Below are positions 54,109 through 64,000 of a stretch of DNA of 64,000 nucleotides, in pieces; positions within the stretch are counted from its first letter, which is position 1; every line of letters begins with the position of its first letter. The notes under the pieces are model-generated. The model ran no database searches, was not told the DNA's origin, and saw nothing but the letters and a program-made list of their open reading frames with translations. Both the position numbers and the translations under genes were made by a program. Source of the DNA: Octopus sinensis (lineage: Eukaryota); the NCBI RefSeq assembly GCF_006345805.1, contig NC_043000.1:84072001-84136000 (forward strand), written 5' to 3'.

Positions 54109-54256
54109 AAACTCCAAGTTTCGGATGTCGGGGTGGAAACCCACGCCAGCATCTCTTCAGTTATCGGGCCATCGAAAAAAATGCTATGAAAATGACCATT
54201 AAAACCTTGATAAAACTCCGAGTTTCGGATGTCGGGGCGGAAACCCACGCCGGCAT
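54109..54256 (-). ncRNA. tandem hammerhead ribozyme unit (104-bp period)
   Basis: GATAA-CTGAAGA-GATGCTGGCGTGG-GTTT-CCACCCCGACATC-C-GAAA-CTYGGAG-TT; the upstream repeat supplies TTATC for stem I. Confidence 0.75.
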
Positions 54257-54320
54257 TTACATAATGTCGAGGTCTTTTTCATTCTTTCGTTGTCTTGCCA
54301 TTTCTATCAATTTATATATA

Positions 54321-54376
<56 letters not shown>

Positions 54377-54883
54377 AATGAATAGAAATGGCCTTTTCTT
54401 ATAATTTTTCCACTTTGATAATTAGATATTTATCTAATTATTAAGACGGAAAAAGCCATTTCTATTTATTTTTTCAAAAATGAGTCGTTGTGCCAAAAAC
54501 ATAGTTTATTTGGTAGTCTTTATATATATAGATAGATGATAAGCAGCTTTCTTTATTATAGTACAGATGAGACTAATTCGGAGTAACATTACTTTCATTA
54601 TTCACACATCATTACTCACGTAATGCAACACTTTGTAATGTTGGTTCAAATTGAAAGTGTGAAACTATTTTTACTTACCAATGAAAGCTGGGCGTTGTAG
54701 AGCAGGGTCTTTCAAATAATTAAAGCTAGTTGTTGAGATAACGTAGAAATTATGTAAATGAAAATAAAGTTTATTTGGTAGTCGAAAGATCACTGAATCT
54801 TTCGATACCCCATATATCAAAATCGGCAACTCAAGTTTCAAATGCATAAGCAACATACGCGCGCACACACACATACAAACATA

Positions 54884-54926
<43 letters not shown>

Positions 54927-54964
54927 TCACACACACACAACTCTCTTTTATGTATATATAAATA

Positions 54965-55120
54965 TACGACGACCTTTCAGTTTCCGTCTACGAAATTCAC
55001 TCACAAAGATTTGGTCGGCCCGAGGCTACAATAGAAAATGCTAGCTCAAGGTGCCAAGCAGTAGAACTGAACCGGGAACCAGGTGGATGGAAAGCAAGCT
55101 TCTAAGCATAGAGCCGCCCA
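54965..55120 (-). mobile_element. SINE family A, 5' half
   Basis: TTTCAGTTTCCGTCTAC..CACTCACAAAG..GGTCGGCCCGAGG. Confidence 0.7.
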
Positions 55121-55142
55121 CTCAATATATATATATATATAT

Positions 55143-55176
<34 letters not shown>

Positions 55177-55227
55177 ATATATGTATGTATCCATGTGTGT
55201 GTGTGTGTGTGTGTGTGTAAAGATAGG

Positions 55228-55614
55228 AAACAAAATATTCAAATGTGAAAATTAAAGTTATAGGCTGCCGTTTGTTATGAATTGAGACATTATTTTCAAA
55301 TACAAAGGCATTGATTCATAATTTCATAAATCAGAATAACACACACATTTACATATAAATATACAATACATTATATACATATATATATATTCTTATGTAT
55401 GTATATATGTGTGTATGTGTATATATATATACACACACACATGTACATATGTGTGTGAGTGTATATTCATAAGTATATATGTAGTATATATATTTGTGTG
55501 TATTATTCTGATTTATGAAATTATAAATCAATGCCTCTATATTTGAAAATGATGGTTCTGTTCATAACAAACGGAAACCTATAACTTTGATTTTCACATT
55601 TACATATTTTGTTT
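55228..55614. repeat. long inverted repeat (~120-bp arms) around a microsatellite spacer
   Basis: 55228-55350 is an imperfect reverse complement of 55490-55614. Confidence 0.85.
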
Positions 55615-56130
55615 AATATCTTCAGTAACAGAATAACAATATTTTACTCTTACCCCGCCAAAATTTTAACCAGTTTTAACCCTCGGCATAGTCATACCCC
55701 CTATCATCTACCATTAACAGTATTACTGAATGCAAAACCACTCTCGGGTCGATGCTATAAGTGTTTCATTATTAATTTATTTATAATTTTTGTACATAAT
55801 TCACTCCACCCATTATAACGTAAATACGTGCATCTTCAATATTCATAACTCGTATATATGACGAAACACTAGTTTTCACACCTCGGATTGAAAAGCCGTT
55901 TCTTTGAAATAGCTGTCACCTTCTAAAAAGTAGCTCATGTAAATAATGAATAATTGATAAAAGAATTACGTTTTTAATATTTAACGTTTTTTTTTCTTTT
56001 TATTCAGTTAATGCCCTTTTTTCATCAATATACAATATAAACCACTCATTTTCTCTCCCCGTATGTATATATATATCGGAGAGATACATACATCCCGCCA
56101 CATAAGTGTGTGTGTGTCTGTGTGCCAATG

Positions 56131-56225
<95 letters not shown>

Positions 56226-56316
56226 TATAGATAGATATAGATATAGATATACACTCACACACATATGTATGTGTAATACATATAATATATATGAAACATA
56301 ATAAAAGGTAATATAG

Positions 56317-56576
56317 TGAAGGCACATGGCTCAGTGATTAGAGCGTCGGGCTCAATGGTGAGGTAGTGAGTTCGAATCCCGGACCGGGCTGTGTGTTGTG
56401 TTCTTGAGCAACACACTTTATTTAACGCTTCTCCAGTTCACTCAGTTGTAGAAATGAGTTGCGCCGTCACTTGTGCCAAGCTGTATCGGATTTTGCCTTT
56501 CCCTTGGATAACAACGGCGGTGTGTGAGTGTGTGTGGGGGGGGAGGCTGATATGTATGGGTGACTACTAGTCTTCC

Positions 56577-56580
<4 letters not shown>
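56317..56580 (+). mobile_element. SINE family C
   Basis: Aligns to 16849-17095. Confidence 0.8.
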
Positions 56581-56613
<33 letters not shown>

Positions 56614-57104
56614 CGCAGGCATGGCTGTGTGGTTTGAAGCTTGCTTCCCAACCACATGATTCCCGATTCATTCCCACTGCGTGACATCTTGTGGTATTAA
56701 TGCTATCAAAGTGAACTCAGTAGTATAGATCAAGAATGAACTGTCTTACTGTTGCCACTAGCAGTAAGTCCTGTTGATGATCTTCTAGATTCTGGGCGCT
56801 GACAACCTGCATATGCCATCCTAAGCGTAGCTGACCCACGCAGAAAGGCAGAGTATTTAATCTCTGCCGATAGTGTAGACTTCAGGCTACCCGTGTTGGT
56901 TATACAATCGAAACTGTACCCATCACCAGCTAAGTACTGATTTTCTATAGAATTCTATAGAGTTCAGAGCCAGCACTGAGTTGTGGTGCTTCGTAACTTT
57001 CAGTGTTGGTTCGGAATTCTATCGAAAATCTGTAGAGGTGAACTTTAAAATGAGTACACCGCACTGCTAAGATAGAAGTAAAGCACATCATTGTAATTCT
57101 TTTA

Positions 57105-57462
57105 TTTTTTTCCTTGTTTCAGTCATTTGACTGCAGCCATGGAGCACCGCTTTAAAGGGGACTTTTAGTCGAAGAAACCGGTCTCAGTACTTATTCTATC
57201 GGGCTCTTTTACCATACCACTAAGTTACGGGGACGTAAACACACTAATATCGGTTGTCAAGTGATGTTGTTGGGGTGAGGCAATCACACACACATAGACA
57301 TACGATGGAATTCTTTCAGTTTCCGTTTACTAAATCCACTCATAAGGCTTTGGTCAGACCATGTTTATATTAGAAGACACTTGCCCAAGGTGCCACACTA
57401 TGGGACTGAATTTGGAACTCATTGGGAAGCAAGCTTCTTGCCACACAGCCACAGATGCGCCT
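57105..57462 (-). mobile_element. SINE family A
   Basis: Aligns to 5480-5887. Confidence 0.8.
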
Positions 57463-57952
57463 TGTAAACCAGTAATGTACTTGGTCGTATATTACGTTTG
57501 CAAAACAGAATACTGTATTTTTGCTAGCAATTAATAACACAAGCAATATTCGTAGCCACTTCAACATGGCTGTCCGTTCGAACAGACTCTACTGTGATTT
57601 TTTAACCCCAAGAAGACATCTCCTTTAGCTGGTTAACGATGCAGAGCTGTAACCGATAAATTGCGAGCAGGGAAGAGAACCCCCACCACCTTCTAACGAT
57701 GGGGCCAGTAGACTAGTCCTGGTTTTGAGCTAGTTTTATGCCACTCTTCGGTACTGGACGCCTCCTCTGTTAGAGATGGCAGAGCGTTGTACTACATAAG
57801 ATTTATATTTTTGTGCGCATGTAAGCAAATATAAACACTCATATATACTCCAAGGTAAATCCACATATTATTTATATTATCTTTTTATACAGTTAAATTT
57901 CCTTATAGACTGGCACACATACACATATGTAATATTTATTATTGCATACATT

Positions 57953-58145
57953 AAGGCGATGAACATTAGCACGCCAGAATAATGCTTGGCCGTATTTCGT
58001 CCGTCTTTACTTCCTGAAAGATCGACTTTAACTTTCATCCTTTCGTATTCCACGAAATAAGCATCTGCCACGTACTTGGATAGATGTAATCGACGTATCT
58101 CCTTCGCCAAAATTTCCAGCCTTGTGCCTCTAGTAGAAAAGATTA
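57953..58145 (+). mobile_element. SINE family B (diverged)
   Basis: TTAGCACGCC..GTATTTCGTCCGTCTTTAC..CTTTCATCCTTTCG..TAGTAGAAAAGATT. Confidence 0.65.
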
Positions 58146-58563
58146 TTATTACATACATTAATATTTGATGAAATATACCTCAAAATATTAATTCAATCAT
58201 CAGTGGCTAACGAGTACTTGACCTAAGTATACTCATTTACTCCTCCATGTCTCCCTCTCTAATGATGCTGAACGAAGGCAGAAATCATTTCGTTCCTATG
58301 CTACCACCTTTGATTTATTATGAAGCTTCACAGTTAAATATGGCCGCGCGTTAACATATACATACACGGTAAACAGTTTGGAAACTGTATCTGTCTAAAA
58401 CCATATAATAAGCCATTTTCTGTATGATATATTGAATTCTATGTACTAAAGTAATCTTTTAAAAATATATTGAAAATTATTTAGATTTTATAATTAATAT
58501 TTATAGTTTTAGTATTGGTAGATTTTGCTTATCTTTCCACCCAGACAGCACACACACACACAC

Positions 58564-58627
<64 letters not shown>

Positions 58628-59723
58628 TCACATATTGAGGGTTCACGTGTATGCGTATATGTGAAACTGTGTGCCTTTGTCAGATGATTACAACAAAGCT
58701 GTCAGAAATTTGCCTTCAAGTTTGGATTTATTAGTTTAATATTTATACAATATTTGATATAGTTCCTCATATCAGTCTAAAATATTATTTGGTAAAATAA
58801 ACAAATAGAGAGAGACCACTTATTGACTACCACTCGAATAATATATTGCATTCAACACTGGATTAATAACTTGTTGATTTAGTATAGTGAATGAGATTCT
58901 GTCCTTTGTTAAATATAATGTAATAAAAATGCCAGAATCTATATATTATCATGTAATATATTGACCAGTTGGTACAGTTATAGAACAAGTAGGACGACTG
59001 CACATATTTACTAGTTGTTTGTCTTCCTGTCTACAAAAATGATTATATAGCAGACAAACAATTAAACACACTCATTGACACAGCCACATAAGCTATTGTC
59101 TATACAGGAACCTGCGTCATGCTTACAGGAGGTCAACATATTGTTGATTAGGATTTACAGAATGAAATTCTATGGAAATAAGTTGATGCCATATTACAGT
59201 TGGTTATGTCATTACAGATCTGCAATCATAGAGTAATTGTTGTTATTCTATTTTTGTTCTTTATTGTCTATAGGCGAGTTTTTGTTTACATAAATATGGA
59301 ATTCAAGATACGAAGGCAAACAATCTTTATAAGGTGTGTCACCAACGATATTTAGAGATGAAAAATAGCTAACGGAAATCGAAACAAAATGATGATATGT
59401 ACAATCCGTGAGTCTATCTGTATTCCACAGCAGTCATTCGATATATAAGAAGAATACTAAATTTTAGATCAGTAAAATTTCCTGTGAAATTTATATAGGC
59501 CTACATATTTTACTGGTTATATTTCACTGTAGAACCTATCAATAACTGTCATGTTTCTCAGTTCATATACTGTTTATATTATATGTATATTACGATTTTA
59601 AATATACTAATATATTACTAGTAATAGTACTGAGCAAGTTTACACGTTTTATGAGCTAATATGATATTATACACATGTACGTGTGTTTATCATAAAGATG
59701 TATGTATATGTATGTAAAAGAAA

Positions 59724-59825
59724 AAGACCCCCTAAAGTAACTTCCTAGGTACAAGTCTTACTCAAAAAACACAACACACACCCCGGTCCAAGAATCGAAC
59801 TCACTACCTCATGAGCCCGATGCTC
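59724..59825 (-). mobile_element. SINE family C, internally deleted
   Basis: Head (TCGAACTCACTACCTCA) and tail (AAGACCCCCT..AGGTACAAGTC) match 16849-17174. Confidence 0.6.
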
Positions 59826-59921
59826 TGAAACATATTTAGAAGCATGCTACACGTTCATAAAACCGTTATCTAATGTCGAACTCAATACAAAAAATTAAAT
59901 AAACGTTTTTATACCATTTGC

Positions 59922-59955
<34 letters not shown>

Positions 59956-60049
59956 TTACATGCATAAATATATACATATATGTATTATATAAATATATAT
60001 ATATGCATGAATGTATACGTATATATATAATATAAATAACATATATATA

Positions 60050-60124
<75 letters not shown>

Positions 60125-60977
60125 CATACATATATATATACACATGCATATATGGGTACAGGATGTAACCATTAGTAAATAACATGAAATACGAAAACAA
60201 ATGAGTTCAATACGCAAACAACGAGAGAAACGAATGGAAAACAGGGCAAGTAACATAAAGACTGACCCTTCATCAGTTGTCGGCTGTCTATCTACTCCTC
60301 ATTTCGAGCATTAAACGTCAATATGAGTCTTGGAAGACAGTTGCTCCCATAAGTACCAAAATAAAATTAGGGATTTATGCAGGGTCGAAGCTAAGAACAA
60401 AAGCAGAACAGTGGAGACATACAAGGAAACGGAACAAAAACAAACATGGCGGGTCGTTAGACCAGAACGAGGCTAAAATAGCGAACGCTGGAGAAATATT
60501 TTCTTTGACAAGAGAAAAGATAGGAGAAAGCGATAGAATACGTCCAGCTCTTAGGAAGTTCCGAAAGAAAAGAAAGATGATCACGTGAGGAAAAGAAAGA
60601 TGAACGATGGTCACATGTGAACAACGAGGGAGAGAACAGGAAAACGTGGAGGAGTGAGAGAGAGACAGATAGAAAACGGTGAAGGGGAGAAAAAAGCGAA
60701 TTAGAAAAAGGATGACAAAGAAAACGATAGGGGAGAAAAACAGTATGGATTAGATTCGCATCAATAATAATAGAATAAACTTGGAAATGGATGCGTTGTT
60801 TCTCTCAATGTGTTGCGTATTGAACTCATTTGTTTTAGTATTTCATGCTATTTACTGTTAGTGACGTCCTGTACCCATATATGCATATGTATATATGTAT
60901 ATGTGTGTGTATGCATATAAATGTACATTATTTATATTATTATTTGATTGAACGCTACGCATCCATTTCCAAGTAAG

Positions 60978-61048
<71 letters not shown>

Positions 61049-61236
61049 TAATCACTACCATTTAGAGATGTGTGTTCTATAGTGCACCAGTCAATTTTTT
61101 ATAATTGTTTGCAGTTATATCCTTTAAATTCCAGATATATTTGGAAAATAAGCGTGTGAGGTGTCTTTCAGAGTGTCTAAATGTGTAGGTATGCTGCAGG
61201 AGAGAGAAAGAAGGGAGGAGTGGTAGACGAGATAGA

Positions 61237-61276
<40 letters not shown>

Positions 61277-61828
61277 GAGAGATAGAGAGACATACAGACA
61301 GAGACACACAATCAGACAGAGACAGACGAACAGAGAGCTTAGCTTCATAAACTAATATTATAAAAAAACTGTTCAGTACTATTGAGATAGCAAATTGTAA
61401 CGTTGTTGCAATTATATGAAGAAAGGTACTTCGCAGGTTTTCTACTGGACAGTTTTCTTTTGTTTATGCTGGGTATCGAAACTGTGACACTTTACCTGCC
61501 ACTCAATTTATTATTAAATATCTAATAACAATATTTTACTGGGAAATGCTTTCTGATCAGGTTAATGAAATCTGGTAATTAAGAACTGAAACTTAAGTGT
61601 CTATGCGTGTGTGCATGTGTGCACACGTGTGTATCTCTGTGTTTGCGTGTTTACGTATGTGTGCGTGTGTAGTCATTATGAGACATCATCTCAAGGTAAA
61701 TTATGCACTACTCTGTGTTCTAACACAACCTCCACGTAAAGTCGGAGATCGAGATTACCTTTTGGTATTAAAACTACTTCTGTCGTTATAATATGCACAC
61801 ACATATATGTATGTATGTATATATGATC

Positions 61829-61910
<82 letters not shown>

Positions 61911-61912
61911 AA

Positions 61913-62110
61913 TCTATTATATAAAACCCGTTCTGTCTGTCTGTTTATGTGCCTTCTAGGAACTCGGCATCCTCCATCCAATTGCGCTCAAATTTGATAT
62001 GTAGATACCGACGGTATCAGGGCGTGTATAAGTCTTGAAAAAATTACAAAAATCCATTTTAGGTGAGAATGCGATCGATAAAGCCGTGGGAATGGGCATT
62101 TGTACGCGCA
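61913..62110 (+). mobile_element. Helitron-like non-autonomous 5' part
   Basis: A|TCTATTATATAAAA start followed by TCTGTCTGTCTG and ..AAATTTGATATG; 3' end not resolved. Confidence 0.5.
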
Positions 62111-62505
62111 AGTACATCAGCTGTTGCGATCGATTCTACGCGTACGCGAGAAAAATGCAGGTGCAGTTTTTGTGCTACTTAAAGGCACGTTTCTTTCCTG
62201 CCAAGCTTACTGTTTAAACCATGTTTGTGTTCTCCCAGTCAACAGCCTTATCATTACTAGTACTTTAAACTATTCGGTTGCATATTTGTGTGATTAAAAT
62301 CGTTTTTCTTTGGAATAGAAAAAAAGTCTATCGTTATTTCTTCTTTTGCTGGTGTCTCAAATTTAGGTTAAATCAGTTTCGGAAAGTGGTGGCCTATGGG
62401 ACGGCCGGACAAGTTGTTTTGAGAAAATTTGGTTTAAATGTTTGACAACACAACACCGTCCATTGGACGGGGGGCGTCTTGCTGGAGTATATACATATGT
62501 ATATA

Positions 62506-62570
<65 letters not shown>

Positions 62571-62916
62571 GAGTAAATAATTTCTTCGATGGTTTTTCAA
62601 AAAACCAACAATTATTTACTGGTAGATTTCGGCATGTAAATATAACCATTAGCGGCAGGAACTTCTGTGAAGTTCAGTATATATTTATTGTATATAAATA
62701 GGAGCAGTCAACAGGTTGCTTAGCCACATACCGAAAAAATTAGAAATAGCAGTCGGAGACTGTTTATTTCTATTTTCTACAAGTGGGACTCCACATACGG
62801 CATATCCCTGCAATATACATATACATGCATACGTACTATACATACATACATACCTACATACATACATACATACATACATACAATACATATATACATACAT
62901 ACATAATATAATATAT

Positions 62917-62955
<39 letters not shown>

Positions 62956-62958
<3 letters not shown>

Positions 62959-63012
62959 AGGCGCAATGGCCCAGTGGTTAGGACAGCGGACTCGCAGTTC
63001 GATTCCCAGACC
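62956..63012 (+). mobile_element. SINE family D head fragment
   Basis: GGAGGCGCAATGGCCCAGTGGTTAGGACAGCGGACTCGC..TTCGATTCCCAGACC. Confidence 0.6.
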
Positions 63013-63053
63013 CGTCATCAGCGTGTGACACAAACCGGTTGGTGATGTATATA

Positions 63054-63116
<63 letters not shown>

Positions 63117-63134
63117 CTATATAGTGTATTATGA

Positions 63135-64000
63135 AAGGGCCCAACAGTATAATCAGCAAAAAATAATGCATAACCTTAGGACATTAATCACACACATACC
63201 GAGGACTCACGGACAAGGAGTATGAATACATCACTAACTTCAAATGCAAATCGAGTTTGTTCTACGGTATCCCTAAAGTACACAAAAGCCAATAATTAGA
63301 GAAACATGCAAAACATCTACCGATATACTCATCAAAATCCCTTCACCAAATGATCTTAAACTTAGACGATAATAGCAGGGCCAGCATGTGAGACTCACCG
63401 CCTCAGCAATTTCTTAGACACACTTCTTAAACCTTTCCTAAAACACATCAAAAGCTACGTAAGAGACGATATAGATATGCTCAACCACCTCCCTAAAGCA
63501 GTCAATGAGAAAACCTTCTAGTATCATTCGACGTAGTTAATCTTTATTCTAACATCCTCACAACCTAGGAATAGAAGCGATCACCTTCTGGCTGAATAAC
63601 TACTCCTTTGAACTTCCAACTCGCATAAACAAAGACCTTATAATAGAAGGACTTAGATTTATTTTAGAAAACAATTACTTTATTTTTGACAATAATTTCT
63701 ACAGACAAAGATCGGGAACAGCGATGGGCACGCGTACTGCACCATCTTTTGCCAACCTAGTGATGGGATACCTCGAGATAATACTCTACCAGATAACACT
63801 CGAGAAATTTGGAAACACCTTCTCCACCTATATCCAGAACAACTGGAAAAGATACCTCGATGACTGTTTCATCATCTGGGACAAAAGTATAGAGAAACTT
63901 GAGGAATTTAAAATACTATAAATGGAATAAATGATAATATACAATTCACGAGGATCATAACGAAGAAGAATACCATTTTTAGACATCCTCATTAAGAAAA
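63135..64000 (+). mobile_element. Penelope-like element reverse transcriptase, frameshifted, runs off the window
   Basis: FYGIPKVHK, IIAGPACETHRLSNFLD.LLKP, VSFDVVNLYSNI, GTAMGTRTAPSFANLVMG, WKRYLDDCF, IPFLDI. Confidence 0.92.

Overview
AT-rich eukaryotic genomic DNA, almost certainly intronic or intergenic. The microsatellite load and SINE repertoire look like a coleoid cephalopod (Octopus); this is an inference. I found no convincing host protein-coding exon, and most listed ORFs are translations of (TA)n, (TACA)n, (CA)n, (TAA)n or (GAA)n tracts. The window is a mosaic of four tRNA-derived SINE families (called A-D here) and decayed transposons. These include several mariners, a full-length Tc1, Helitron pieces, a young 5'-truncated RTE LINE with TSD, R4/Dong elements in (TAA)n, a Hero-type element and a Penelope-like RT at the right edge. 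Two signals stand out. (1) Several hammerhead-ribozyme motifs of the minimal Penelope/retrozyme type, including a 104-nt tandem unit bounded by predicted cleavage sites (54109-54256) and a recurrent CCGAUGA core variant. (2) A restriction-like-endonuclease retroelement family and a structured ~115-bp unit, both found only inside (TACA)n microsatellites.
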